Shown: positions 19,225 to 29,923, counted from the stretch's first letter. The stretch is DNA of 64,000 bases from Candidatus Terrybacteria bacterium RIFCSPHIGHO2_01_FULL_43_35 (GCA_001822815.1 MHSR01000013.1:149093-213092), one strand, 5' to 3'. The notes: generated by a model not told the origin, from the letters alone. Made by a program: numbers and translations.

Positions 19225-20214
19225 ATGGCAAACAAAGCAAATTCAAAGCTGATAGAATATTTGAAGTCAGAATTTGATATTGTAGGTCAATGCCGCAGAA
19301 TGCGCGTTCCATTATGGCAATGTCCTAGACTTTTGTTCATTATCATGGGCGCGGCGATTATTTTAGCCATGGTCGGTACATATTTTTTCCTTGAAGTCAG
19401 AACCGAACCGGAAATGGCAGCATTAATCGTTGTGGCCGTCGCAGGAGTTTTACTAGTTCAAAGCTATATAATAATACTGGCTACCGAACATATTGCCGAA
19501 ACAAGCCGATTAAAAACCGAGTTCATTAATATTACATCACATCAGTTGCGATCGCCGCTAACCGCTTCACGTTGGGCCGCAGAACTAATGCGTGAGTCCA
19601 GTTCAGGTTTACCAGACGAACTTAAAGAAAATTTGAAAATAATCGAAGATTCTAACGAGCGTATGAACAAATTGGTTTACGCGCTCTTACAAGTAGCCCG
19701 TATTGAAGCAAACACTGTTAGGCAACATAAACGCGACGTGGACGTAGTCGAAACTATCAAAACAGTTATCGATGAAGCAACCATTTTTGCTAAAGCCTCC
19801 AATATCAGTCTTGACTTCAATGCGCTCAAGGAACAGCTGGCTGTTAATTTCGATCCCGATCAGCTACATTTTATTGTTCAGGAGATGGTCGACAACGCCA
19901 TACGTTATTCTAACGGCAAAGGCAACATTCAGATATCGTTAACTAAGAACGGCAATCAAACCCATTTTGAAATTAAAGATAGCGGCGTCGGCATACCCAA
20001 AGACGAACAAAAAAATATTTTCCAGAAATTTTACCGTGGCTCAAATACTTACACCCTTTCGCCGTCAGGAACCGGCCTATCTCTGTTTATCGTTAAAAAG
20101 ATTATTGAAGCCGGCGGTGGACGTATAGGTTTTAGTTCTAAGTTGAACGAGGGAAGTACGTTTTGGTTCAATATTCCATTAGCATTAAATAATCAAAATA
20201 ATCATTCCAACTAA
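19225..20214 (+). CDS. sensor histidine kinase (HisKA + HATPase_c)
   Basis: H-box ITSHQLRSPLTAS; N, G1, G2 boxes (DNAIRYS, DSGVGIP, GTGLSLFIV); N-terminal TM. Confidence 0.8.
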   Translation: MANKANSKLIEYLKSEFDIVGQCRRMRVPLWQCPRLLFIIMGAAIILAMVGTYFFLEVRTEPEMAALIVVAVAGVLLVQSYIIILATEHIAETSRLKTEFINITSHQLRSPLTASRWAAELMRESSSGLPDELKENLKIIEDSNERMNKLVYALLQVARIEANTVRQHKRDVDVVETIKTVIDEATIFAKASNISLDFNALKEQLAVNFDPDQLHFIVQEMVDNAIRYSNGKGNIQISLTKNGNQTHFEIKDSGVGIPKDEQKNIFQKFYRGSNTYTLSPSGTGLSLFIVKKIIEAGGGRIGFSSKLNEGSTFWFNIPLALNNQNNHSN

Positions 20215-20288
20215 CTATCATTTGCCGATGGCTAAGACTTAAAAACAAACCGCAAATTTGTTATTAGATTAAGCCATTTGCTAAAAAT

Positions 20289-20660
20289 ATGAAAAAAATT
20301 CTTTTTGTCGAAGACGAGCGGGCGCTTCAACGCACTATAAGTGAGGCCCTGCGCCGCGAGGGCTACGAGGTTTTAAGCGCGGTTGATGGCGAAACAGGGG
20401 CCCGTTTAGCCAAAGAAGAGAAGCCTGATATGATTTTATTGGATCTTATTCTACCCCGTAGGTCTGGCTTTGATGTCTTACAGGAATTAAAAAGCGATGA
20501 CGTTACTAAGGGGATTCCCGTTATCGTGCTTACTAATCTTGAAAGTCCGGCAGATGTCGACAAAGCCATTGAACTTGGTGCCACGACTTATTTAGTGAAA
20601 GCCAACTATAATCTGGGCGATATAGTCCAAAAGGTTAAAAGCACTTTTGAAGCACAATAA
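20289..20660 (+). CDS. single-domain response regulator (CheY-like receiver)
   Basis: ILFVEDE...DMILLDLILP...KAN receiver motifs. Confidence 0.85.
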   Translation: MKKILFVEDERALQRTISEALRREGYEVLSAVDGETGARLAKEEKPDMILLDLILPRRSGFDVLQELKSDDVTKGIPVIVLTNLESPADVDKAIELGATTYLVKANYNLGDIVQKVKSTFEAQ

Positions 20661-20722
20661 TAGAGGTGTTTGATAACCGCTGTTTCAAAAACTAACATTT
20701 CTTTTGAATAAATAATTATTTT

Positions 20723-22474
20723 ATGCGCGTTGAAGATTCACAGCTTAAAGCCTTCATCACCGACGGCAACCTTATTCCTCCAAAGGAACTTGATGTCGCG
20801 GCGAAGGAGGCGAAAGAAGATAAGAAGCGTTTGGCCGACGTGATTTTGGCAAAAAAGCTTTTATCCGAGGAAGAGCTTTTAAAACTGGAAGCCTACATAT
20901 TAGGCATCCCGTTTATTGATCTTGAAGGCGAAGAGGTGCCCGCCGATATTTTACACATAATACCCGAACCGATAGCCAAAAAGCACAATATTATTGCTTA
21001 TCGCAAAGAAAAAAATGGACTGGAAGTGGCTATGCTGGACCCAGAAGATCTGCAGACTATAGATTTTATTCGAAGGAAAGTCCGCTTGAAAATCTTTCCG
21101 CGTTTAACGACCACAGCATCCATTAAGCACTTGTTGCGCCAGTACGAAAAAAGTCTTGAAGCTGAATTCGGAGATATAATCCGCGAAGAAGCCAGTGGAG
21201 TTAAGGCCAGCGCCGAGAGAGGAGAGGGGGCGGATGAGGGCGATTTAAAACAGGCAGCTGAAGAATTGCCCATCATTCGTATTGTGGACACCTTGCTTAA
21301 GCACGCTGTCCTGGAAAATGCTTCAGATATACACATAGAGCCGCAGGAAAAAGAAGTTACGGTGCGCTATCGCATAGACGGTATACTTCATGATGCCATG
21401 ACCCTGCCCAAGCAAGTTCATGCCGGGGTTGTAGCCCGCATAAAAATTCTTTCTAATTTGAAAATTGACGAGCACCGTCTGCCCCAAGACGGACGTTTTA
21501 AGCTTGAGACCGATGAATATAAATATTCGCTTCGCGTTTCTATTTTACCGGTATATGACGGAGAAAAAATAGTCATGCGTCTTTTGCCCGAAACCAGCAA
21601 AGCTTTAACTCTTGATGCCTTAGGTTTCCGTGGTGAAGCCTTGGAGCACGTGCATGGCGCGATGCGCAAGCCTGTGGGCATGCTCTTGGTTACCGGTCCA
21701 ACGGGCTCCGGAAAAACAACCACCCTTTATTCAATGATGGATATTTTAAATACACCAAGCGTAAACATATCTACGGTTGAAGATCCGGTGGAGTACCGCA
21801 TGCAGCGAATAAATCAAACCCAGATCCGTCCGGATATAGGCTTGACCTTCGCCAACGGGCTGCGCTCTTTAGTTCGTCAGGACCCCAACATAATTATGGT
21901 CGGTGAGATACGCGATAAAGAAACAGCAGATCTTGCCGTGAACGCCTCGCTCACGGGCCATTTGGTCCTTTCAACCCTGCACACCAATTCAGCTGCCGGC
22001 GCCTTGCCCAGATTAATAGATATGGGCGTTGAGCCATTTCTTATTGCTTCAACCGTTAATGTTATAATTGCCCAGCGTTTGGTACGTAAATTGTGCCCGG
22101 CTAGAGATGTTTACCAGTTAAGCGCGGACGAAGCCAAAGCTTTCGGCAGCGAAGCATTTGAGCACGAATCCATGCTTAAAATTTTGGCTGAAGAGAAGAT
22201 CAAGGGGTCTGAAAAGGGATTTGGTGGAATAGAATTTTCCCGTCCAAAGGCGACAACCGATTGCCCCGACGGTTATAAAGGCCGTGTAGGAATTTATGAG
22301 ATCCTGCCGATAACCGAAACCATAAGACAGTTAATCGTTCAGAAGGCCTCTAGCGATGATATTTTGCGGCAGGCGCGAAAAGAAGGTATGCGCACCATGG
22401 TTGAAGACGGAATGATTAAAGCCGCGCAAGGCCTAACTAGTGTGGAAGAAGTGTTAAGAGTAATTACAGAATAA
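20723..22474 (+). CDS. pilB: type IV pilus assembly ATPase PilB (GspE family)
   Basis: Walker A GPTGSGKTT, Asp/His boxes, N-terminal GSPII_E_N domain. Confidence 0.9.
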   Translation: MRVEDSQLKAFITDGNLIPPKELDVAAKEAKEDKKRLADVILAKKLLSEEELLKLEAYILGIPFIDLEGEEVPADILHIIPEPIAKKHNIIAYRKEKNGLEVAMLDPEDLQTIDFIRRKVRLKIFPRLTTTASIKHLLRQYEKSLEAEFGDIIREEASGVKASAERGEGADEGDLKQAAEELPIIRIVDTLLKHAVLENASDIHIEPQEKEVTVRYRIDGILHDAMTLPKQVHAGVVARIKILSNLKIDEHRLPQDGRFKLETDEYKYSLRVSILPVYDGEKIVMRLLPETSKALTLDALGFRGEALEHVHGAMRKPVGMLLVTGPTGSGKTTTLYSMMDILNTPSVNISTVEDPVEYRMQRINQTQIRPDIGLTFANGLRSLVRQDPNIIMVGEIRDKETADLAVNASLTGHLVLSTLHTNSAAGALPRLIDMGVEPFLIASTVNVIIAQRLVRKLCPARDVYQLSADEAKAFGSEAFEHESMLKILAEEKIKGSEKGFGGIEFSRPKATTDCPDGYKGRVGIYEILPITETIRQLIVQKASSDDILRQARKEGMRTMVEDGMIKAAQGLTSVEEVLRVITE

Positions 22475-22572
22475 ATTAAATATCAAAAGCCAAACACCAA
22501 AATTTACGAAAGTCGCCTACGGCCACATACAATAATTTTAAATTTTGCATTTTTAATTTTCACTAAGGTTAT

Positions 22573-23796
22573 ATGACCCTATTTAAATATGTTGCTCGTT
22601 CAATAGATGGTGCTGCCCAAAGTGGTATACAGGAGGCGGCCGATAAGCGTGTTTTGGCGCGATTCCTTAGGGGAAAAGGCATGATTTTGGTTTCTGCCGA
22701 ACACAAAGAAAAAAGCGATACACCGGTGTTTATAAAAAGAATAACCGCCGGTATTTTGGGAGTGCCTCTTGTGGAAAAAATGACATTCATCAGATATCTA
22801 GCTGTATTGATTTCTGCCGGCGTTGATATAAGCCGCGCACTTTCGGTTCTTGAACAGCAGGTTAAAAGTCCGACCTTCAAAGATATCATACGCGCCGTGC
22901 ACGCAGAAGTTATGCAGGGCAAGACATTGCATGAGACTTTGGCCAAGCATCCCAAGGCATTTTCTGAACTAACTGTAAATATGATCGCTGTCGGTGAAGA
23001 ATCGGGGCGTTTAGTTGAATCCCTTGAATTGGTCGCTAATCAGTTGGAAAGGGAGCATCAACTGGTAAGTAAGGTAAAAGGCGCATTGATATATCCGGCC
23101 GTAGTTATTTCAGCCATGCTTTTGGTAAGCGTGGTCATGTTCATCTATGTTGTACCTAACTTAAAAGCGGTATTTGGTGATATCAATCTTGCTTTGCCAA
23201 TTACGACACGGGTTATTTTTGCTTTAAGCGATTTCTTGGTCCAACGTTGGTATGTAGCCTTGGTGATCGTCATCTTAGCGGTTGTTATTTTAAGAGTAGC
23301 GTGGACGGTACCGCAGATCAAAAGAGCTATTGACGTGATTTTAATGCGCGCGCCAATTTTTGGGTCGTTGGTCCGTAAAATAGTTAGTGCCAGAATAGCT
23401 CGCACGCTTTCTTCGCTTATATCATCTGGCGTGCCCATTATTCGTAGCATTGAGATAACATCAAATTTAGTAAGCAATACCGCCTTTAAGAACTCGCTTA
23501 AAGAATCAATTAATCACGTTCAGAAGGGAGAGCCTTTTTCCGCCGCCTTGGCAATCTACCCCAAAGTTTATCCGCCCATGTTGGTTCAGATGATATCTGT
23601 GGGAGAGGAAACTGGTAAATTGGGCGAGATGTTGGGACGCACCGCGAATTTTTATGAAGACGAGGTAGATCAATCTTTGAAAAATTTAACAACCATCATT
23701 GAACCCTTGCTTATGCTGTTTATCGGAGGAGCAGTTGGGGTATTTGCCGTGTCTATTCTTGGGCCGATGTATACGCTCATCCAGAACCAGGTTTAA
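22573..23796 (+). CDS. pilC: type IV pilus inner-membrane platform protein PilC (GspF family)
   Basis: two T2SF repeats, 3 TM helices, follows pilB. Confidence 0.85.
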   Translation: MTLFKYVARSIDGAAQSGIQEAADKRVLARFLRGKGMILVSAEHKEKSDTPVFIKRITAGILGVPLVEKMTFIRYLAVLISAGVDISRALSVLEQQVKSPTFKDIIRAVHAEVMQGKTLHETLAKHPKAFSELTVNMIAVGEESGRLVESLELVANQLEREHQLVSKVKGALIYPAVVISAMLLVSVVMFIYVVPNLKAVFGDINLALPITTRVIFALSDFLVQRWYVALVIVILAVVILRVAWTVPQIKRAIDVILMRAPIFGSLVRKIVSARIARTLSSLISSGVPIIRSIEITSNLVSNTAFKNSLKESINHVQKGEPFSAALAIYPKVYPPMLVQMISVGEETGKLGEMLGRTANFYEDEVDQSLKNLTTIIEPLLMLFIGGAVGVFAVSILGPMYTLIQNQV

Positions 23797-23798
23797 TT

Positions 23799-24668
23799 AT
23801 GTTTACTAAAAAGGCGATTTATACCAAAAGAAATGGCTACAGCCTTATTGAAGTTTTGGCTACAACAGCAATAATAGCCGCAGTTTCTGTTTTTATCGCC
23901 TTGTCTTTGGCGAATTTCAGGAATAATGCCCAGGTTGTTTCTGAAAGTCAGAATATAGCAAGCGTTCTGGCTCTGGCCAGATCTAACACCGTAGGCGGTA
24001 AGGATAATATACTGTGGGGGGTACATCTTGCTACAAACGATTTTACCTTGTTTCAAGGTGGGGTTTATGATCCGGCTGATCCAAACAATGTTGTATATAC
24101 CCTGCCGATAGGCGTAACTATTTCCTCAATAGTTCTTGCCGGAGGTGGTTCCGACGTAATATTCAACCGAATTAATGGGGGAACGAGTCAGGCGGGCAGT
24201 CTAACTGTTTCCGCCCAAAGCAATGTGATAGTTACGATTAATTCTAGCGGTGAGATAAGCGTAGGCGGTACGCTTCCTGCTCCTGGTGGCACCCGCATAA
24301 TCGACACCAGGCATGTCGATTTTACCCTAAATTGGTCAATACAAAATTCAATAACCCTTACGTTAACTTTCTATGATCCACCAAATCCAGCAACAGTTCA
24401 AAATATAGCCATGGCGCCTTATTTCAGTATGGGCAATACGATTTTTAACTGGAGCGGTCAATATACAATTGGCGGAGGAGCCCAAGTCTTAAAGATACAC
24501 ACACATCTTATTGATACCCCCGGGAACAAGACTATTTTATCCGTCCACCGTGATAAAATGGAGAATAGCAAAGCACTGGACATAGCCATAGATGGGGTGC
24601 TAGTAGCCTCGTACAACGCAAGTGGGGACATTACGCCATGGCCTGGGGTAACTTTTGATGTGCAATAA
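23799..24668 (+). CDS. prepilin-type N-terminal cleavage/methylation domain protein (pseudopilin/minor pilin)
   Basis: NGYSLIEVLATTAIIAAV class III signal motif. Confidence 0.7.
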   Translation: MFTKKAIYTKRNGYSLIEVLATTAIIAAVSVFIALSLANFRNNAQVVSESQNIASVLALARSNTVGGKDNILWGVHLATNDFTLFQGGVYDPADPNNVVYTLPIGVTISSIVLAGGGSDVIFNRINGGTSQAGSLTVSAQSNVIVTINSSGEISVGGTLPAPGGTRIIDTRHVDFTLNWSIQNSITLTLTFYDPPNPATVQNIAMAPYFSMGNTIFNWSGQYTIGGGAQVLKIHTHLIDTPGNKTILSVHRDKMENSKALDIAIDGVLVASYNASGDITPWPGVTFDVQ

Positions 24669-24683
24669 AAAACGATAAATAAA

Positions 24684-25175
24684 ATGATAACCTTTAATAA
24701 TAAAAATAAGGGCTTCGCGCTTATAGAGATTACTGTAGCCATAGGTATAGCCGCCACCTTTTTCTTCGGCATGCTTCAATTTATCAACACTTCTGCGCGA
24801 ACCATGCGATCCGAGCGCTATACGCGCGAAGCCGGGCTACTGCTGGCAGAGGGTCAGGACGCTGTTAAGTTCATGCGTGATGCTGGTTGGACGGCATATA
24901 TTTCTTCTTTGTCTCTTGAAGCCACATATTATATTAGTCCATCTGGAAATAGCTGGTCTTTCACTACAAATGATCCCGGCGTGATTTCCGGATTGTATAC
25001 ACGCACCTTGGTTTTACATGAGGTTTTGCGTGATGCCAGCGGCAATATCGTCAGCGCGGGCGGAACCGCAGATGCGAATTCGCGAAGAGTTACAGCAACT
25101 ATAACTTGGTCCGGTCCTTACGGGGCAAGAAACATTACCAGCGCTTTTTATGTTAACAATATTTTTAGAAATTAG
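24684..25175 (+). CDS. pseudopilin/minor pilin
   Basis: KGFALIEITVAIGIAA prepilin motif. Confidence 0.7.
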   Translation: MITFNNKNKGFALIEITVAIGIAATFFFGMLQFINTSARTMRSERYTREAGLLLAEGQDAVKFMRDAGWTAYISSLSLEATYYISPSGNSWSFTTNDPGVISGLYTRTLVLHEVLRDASGNIVSAGGTADANSRRVTATITWSGPYGARNITSAFYVNNIFRN

Positions 25176-25195
25176 TTATAATAAACAGTGAGTAC

Positions 25196-25717
25196 ATGAA
25201 AAAGAGTCAAGCCGGAGTAACCATTTTAGAGTTTATAGTTTACGTGGGCATTTTGGCTATCATGAGCGGAGTGACGGTTGTATTTTTAACCAAAGTTATA
25301 AGTTCTTATGCAATAATACGGGCAGAAAAGAATCTTTCGCAGGACAACGCACTCGCTTTCGAGAGGATTTTTAATGAGACGCGTCACGCAAAACTTATAT
25401 ATACGCCCACATCAGTTTTGGAGACCGATGCCAGCCAGTTATCATTGCGCACATCGCTTAATCCGCCAGCGGATGAAACCTTTACTTACGTTGATTATTA
25501 TGTGGATAACGGCGTACTTTATGAAAAAAGAGAGGGAAATTCGGCCATACCGTTGACGGGTTCAAATTCGGTAGTAACTGTTTTTAACGCCACGCGATTT
25601 TATTTCGGCGGAGCAGAAGGCATAAGGATAACTTTAGTCGCCAGAACCATAGCGGCATCCGGTCCGCTATCACGGACTTTTTCGTGGACCAGCAGTTCTA
25701 CTTTAAGAGGTTATTGA
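25196..25717 (+). CDS. pseudopilin/minor pilin
   Basis: AGVTILEFIVYVGILAI prepilin-like motif. Confidence 0.6.
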   Translation: MKKSQAGVTILEFIVYVGILAIMSGVTVVFLTKVISSYAIIRAEKNLSQDNALAFERIFNETRHAKLIYTPTSVLETDASQLSLRTSLNPPADETFTYVDYYVDNGVLYEKREGNSAIPLTGSNSVVTVFNATRFYFGGAEGIRITLVARTIAASGPLSRTFSWTSSSTLRGY

Positions 25718-25724
25718 AATTAAT

Positions 25725-28667
25725 ATGACTAAAAACATTATTTTAACGGATAAGCGAGGTGTGGCTTCTTTAGTTATTCTTTTAATCTCATTGTCAGTGA
25801 CCGCTATTTTTGTAGGCGGCTTTGCCTTTATTTTAAACCGTGAGACGGCGACCGTACGCCAGATCAATAATTCTAATGCCGCATTCCAAGCAGCTGAATC
25901 TGGAATTGAGGACGTAATAACGCGACTACGCGCCGGCGGCAATCCGCCCTCGCCCCTTACTTTTAGCGTTGGTCAGGCATCGGTAACCGTCACTACAGTC
26001 ACTCTCGGTAATCAAAAGATAATTACGGCCGTTGGCACCATTGATAATGTTACGCGTACTGTTGAAACGGTTATAGAATTAAACACAACCGACACCGATT
26101 TTTTCTATGGAGCACAGGTGGGGGAGGGCGGTTTGGTTATGGCCAATAACGCCATAGTTTTCGGGAGTGTTTATTCGGACGGTAGTATAATAGGCGGAAC
26201 CCAAGGCTCGACAATAAATAATGATGTCTTTGTTGCAGCCGGCGTTGCTCCAGTGCCAGATCAATCATGGACAACGCAAAATGCCGATTTTTCTGCCGGC
26301 GTTACACAAAATAGCGCCGTTGTTTTGGTTGATTCTGGCGGTGACGTGGGAGATTATGATTCCATGGCGCTTGGTTCGGATCAGTTCGCAAGAATTAGTT
26401 ACTACGATGCTTCGAATAAAGATCTTAAATTTGTGCGGTGTACTAACCATGATTGTACTGCCAAAAATATTACCACCGTTGATTCAACCGGAGACGTCGG
26501 TTACCGATATTCATCCATATATCTTGGATCAGACGACTTCGCGCGCATAAGTTATTACGACAATACCAGCAACAATAGGGATCTTAAATTTGTACGCTGT
26601 ACTAACAATGATTGTACGAATAAAAATATCACCAGCGCCGATACTACCGGTGACGTTGGGCAGTTTTCATCTATGGCTCTAGGTTCAGATGGCTACGCGC
26701 GTATAAGTTATTACGATAATTCAGGAGGAAATTTGAATTTTTTGCGTTGTACTGATTCTGATTGTACGGCCAGTAATAAAACCAGCGTTGATACTAGCGG
26801 AGACGTGGGTAAATATACATCCATAACTTTGGGTTCAGATGGTTTTGCCAGGATAAGTTATGTGTATGCTGGCAACAATGATGACTTAAAATATGTTCGC
26901 TGTACGAATGCCGACTGCACCACCAAAAATATAACCACGGTTGATTCCGCCGCCGAAGTTGATTATCCAACTTCGATTGCCTTGGGCTCCGACGGTTATG
27001 TGCGCATCAGTTATTATGATGATGCCAGCGACGATCTTAAATTTGTCCAATGCACCAACGATGACTGCACAACCAAAAATATAACTGTAGTCGATTCTTC
27101 AGGTGATGTTGGTAGGTACGGCTCCATAAAAATTGCTTCTGATGGTTACGCCAGAATAAGCTATTACGATGCCTCAAGCGGTAGCGTAAAATTGGCCAAA
27201 TGCACAAACGCGGCCTGCACAACAAATAGCATTTCTGTTCCTGATACCCAGGACAATGTCGGTTTGTATACGTCTTTGTATTTGGGGACCGACGGCTTCG
27301 CGCGCATTAGCTACCGCGATGATGATAATAAAGATCTTAAATTCATACGTTGCATGATAGATTCTTGTCCCGCGCCAACACCACAGGTTGATGTTGCCCA
27401 AAGTTTCAGGCCAAGCGCAACCCAGCGCGCGGTTAAAGTCGATTTGTACCTGAAAAAAACCGGCACTCCACTTAACGCAACACTGCTTCTAATAAAAGAT
27501 AGCGGCGGTTCTCCCAGCACTAACTCTGATGATATACTTGCCACGGGCACCATAAACGCTTCGCAAGTTACCGCTTCTTATGGATGGTTATCTGTAGGCC
27601 TTTCAAGTACGCCCACATTGACTGTCAACACCATATACTGGCTTGTTGTCGACACCATATTAGATAATTCAAACTATCTTATATGGGGAGGGGACTCAAC
27701 CGACGCTTATGCGTCTGGTACTGGAAAAAGAAGTAATGATTGGACGGCTGGTGGGTGGAGCACAATAGGAGGCGATTTAGATTTCAAAATATATATGGGC
27801 GGAGTGGATTATCAGATTAGTTCAATGGAGAATATAGGAGGCAATGCCAGTGCTCATATAATTGACAACGCGGATGTAACCGGAAATGTTAATGCTTATA
27901 CATATAATAATGGGACCGTAGGAGGCAATATAAACGCCGATTCTATTTCCAACTGCACCATTAACGGTAACGCATCTTATAATACTAAAGCTACTTGTAC
28001 GGTCGGAGGGACAGAGACTACGCCTACAACCCCGCCTGATGATCCGCCACACGTGCCACTACCCATTTCCGAGGCAACCATAGCCGAATGGAAAAGTGAT
28101 GCAGCGGCAGGCGAACCCATAATAGGAGATTATGTTGTGCCAGAGGGAACTTCATATTTGGGACCAAAAAAGATAACCGGGGATCTTTTGATGAGCGTAA
28201 ACAGATCTACTCTAGTTTTGACAGGTACCGTGTGGGTGCAGGGCAATATAGATGTTGCAAACGGCAGCAGAATAATACTTGATCCCAGTTTTGGTGTTTT
28301 TAGCGGTACGGTTATTGCTGATGGTTGGATACGTATTGAGAATAACGGTATTTTTGAGGGTTCCGGTCAGCCCGGCAGTTACGTTATGCTTCTTTCAACC
28401 CTGGCTTGTGTTGGCGTGGCAAGCCCGAGTTGTACTGGCGAGAATAGTGGAGCAATAAGCTTGCATAATAATGCCGAAGGAGCGATTTTTTACGCATCGA
28501 ACGGTCTTATACATTTGAACAACGGTGTTCTTGTGACCGAACTTGTAGGGTATAAGATAAGTCTTGATCCCAACGCAAAGCTTATTTATCAAATAGGTTT
28601 AGCTAACGCCAGTTTTACATCTGGACCGTCGGCTGGATGGGCTATTCTTTCCTGGAAAGAATTGTGA
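25725..28667 (+). CDS. PilX-N-terminus-like pilus-associated protein with seven tandem ~50-aa Cys-containing repeats (putative propeller tip adhesin) and C-terminal beta-helix-like region
   Basis: N-terminal TM + PilX_N-like segment; 7 repeats of DVGxYxSxALGSDGxARISYYDxxxxDLKFVRCTNxDCTxKNIT; inside T4P operon. Confidence 0.6.
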   Translation: MTKNIILTDKRGVASLVILLISLSVTAIFVGGFAFILNRETATVRQINNSNAAFQAAESGIEDVITRLRAGGNPPSPLTFSVGQASVTVTTVTLGNQKIITAVGTIDNVTRTVETVIELNTTDTDFFYGAQVGEGGLVMANNAIVFGSVYSDGSIIGGTQGSTINNDVFVAAGVAPVPDQSWTTQNADFSAGVTQNSAVVLVDSGGDVGDYDSMALGSDQFARISYYDASNKDLKFVRCTNHDCTAKNITTVDSTGDVGYRYSSIYLGSDDFARISYYDNTSNNRDLKFVRCTNNDCTNKNITSADTTGDVGQFSSMALGSDGYARISYYDNSGGNLNFLRCTDSDCTASNKTSVDTSGDVGKYTSITLGSDGFARISYVYAGNNDDLKYVRCTNADCTTKNITTVDSAAEVDYPTSIALGSDGYVRISYYDDASDDLKFVQCTNDDCTTKNITVVDSSGDVGRYGSIKIASDGYARISYYDASSGSVKLAKCTNAACTTNSISVPDTQDNVGLYTSLYLGTDGFARISYRDDDNKDLKFIRCMIDSCPAPTPQVDVAQSFRPSATQRAVKVDLYLKKTGTPLNATLLLIKDSGGSPSTNSDDILATGTINASQVTASYGWLSVGLSSTPTLTVNTIYWLVVDTILDNSNYLIWGGDSTDAYASGTGKRSNDWTAGGWSTIGGDLDFKIYMGGVDYQISSMENIGGNASAHIIDNADVTGNVNAYTYNNGTVGGNINADSISNCTINGNASYNTKATCTVGGTETTPTTPPDDPPHVPLPISEATIAEWKSDAAAGEPIIGDYVVPEGTSYLGPKKITGDLLMSVNRSTLVLTGTVWVQGNIDVANGSRIILDPSFGVFSGTVIADGWIRIENNGIFEGSGQPGSYVMLLSTLACVGVASPSCTGENSGAISLHNNAEGAIFYASNGLIHLNNGVLVTELVGYKISLDPNAKLIYQIGLANASFTSGPSAGWAILSWKEL
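26328..27390 (+). repeat. seven tandem ~150-bp coding repeats within 25725..28667
   Basis: recurring cttaaatttgtRcgStgtactaac... at DNA level; protein repeats listed above. Confidence 0.8.
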
Positions 28668-28684
28668 TTTAGAACGGTTTATAT

Positions 28685-29917
28685 ATGTTTAATTTCATCT
28701 ATCCAAAACTTGAGGCATTTGGTCTTGATATTTCAGATCGTTCTTTTAAGATCGCCAGCATTGAAATTAATCGCAAGCGCAAGCAGATGGATCTTGTTTC
28801 TTATGGGGTATTTCCTTTTGAGAGAGGATTTATTGAGAGTGGACGCATCATTAGCAAGGATAAGGTAGGACTGATCATAAGAGACGGCCTGTCTAAAATT
28901 CATGGTAAGCGCATAGCAACCAAAGCAGCTGTGGTGTCTTTGCCGGAAGAACAATGTTTTGTTCGCGTCATTCAACTTCCGCCTATGCCGGAGAAGGAAC
29001 TTAGTGAGGCTGTGGCCGCAGAAACAGAGGGTAATATACCGATGTCTTTGGATGAAGTTTATTACGATTGGCAGGTTATAACCAGGCCCGATGGAGTAGC
29101 TTCCAGCGCAAGTGGAGAAAACACCAAACATTTCGATGTTTTGGTAGCCGCAACCCCGAAAGAAGTGGTTGAAGAGTACGAATCTTTACTTGCCGGGATT
29201 GGATTACTCCCGCTTATTTTTGAGCCTGAGTCGTTTGCTATTGCTCGTGCCGCATTGAGGAACCGTATTAGTTATTCCCCGCTTTTATTAGTAGATTTGG
29301 GTGAGACGCATACTACCCTAGCTATAGTTTCGGGAACATCTATACGTGTCACCGTGTCCGTTTCGGTTGCCGGAGGTAATTTTACAGATCTTATTTCCTC
29401 CGCATTTAAGATATCCAGTGAAGAAGCCGAAAAGAAAAAAAGAGAACATGGTTTAGGACAAGAAGGCGAAGGTTTAAAAATTTTTAAGATACTTGAGGCT
29501 CCACTTATAGATTTGGTTCATCAAATCAAAGGCTATCTTGCTTTCTACGCATCGCATTCTTTCCATGAACATCAGGTTTGGACATTGGCGGTTAAAACAC
29601 CGGAAATTAAAACCATGGGTAGCTTTGATTTCAGGCCCGTCTCGCGTGGTGAAGTTGTGATCGGTAGAGATGCCGATGGTAAAGAAAATCAAGCCACAAG
29701 ATTAGGTATGTCTGGCATCTCGCGAATATTTTTAACGGGGGGCGGCGCGAATTTGGCTGGTTTGCCAGAATATCTTTCGGCCAGCCTTAAAATTTCTGTT
29801 CAGCGTGCCAACCCGCTTATTAACATAACCCATATCGTTAATGATAAAGAAGGAGTAGCGCCGTTTGATCCTATGACTTATGCTACCGCGATAGGTTTAG
29901 CCATGCACAGACCATAA
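28685..29917 (+). CDS. pilM: type IV pilus assembly protein PilM (actin-like ATPase fold)
   Basis: FtsA/PilM-like architecture, position after pilins and before PilN/O-like genes. Confidence 0.75.
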   Translation: MFNFIYPKLEAFGLDISDRSFKIASIEINRKRKQMDLVSYGVFPFERGFIESGRIISKDKVGLIIRDGLSKIHGKRIATKAAVVSLPEEQCFVRVIQLPPMPEKELSEAVAAETEGNIPMSLDEVYYDWQVITRPDGVASSASGENTKHFDVLVAATPKEVVEEYESLLAGIGLLPLIFEPESFAIARAALRNRISYSPLLLVDLGETHTTLAIVSGTSIRVTVSVSVAGGNFTDLISSAFKISSEEAEKKKREHGLGQEGEGLKIFKILEAPLIDLVHQIKGYLAFYASHSFHEHQVWTLAVKTPEIKTMGSFDFRPVSRGEVVIGRDADGKENQATRLGMSGISRIFLTGGGANLAGLPEYLSASLKISVQRANPLINITHIVNDKEGVAPFDPMTYATAIGLAMHRP

Positions 29918-29923
29918 ATTATT

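Noticed and set aside
26328-27390. Regularly spaced ~150-bp repeats that might superficially suggest a CRISPR-like array
   Set aside because: The repeats are long, imperfect and entirely in-frame coding repeats of one ORF. There are no short identical direct repeats with unique spacers anywhere in the window.
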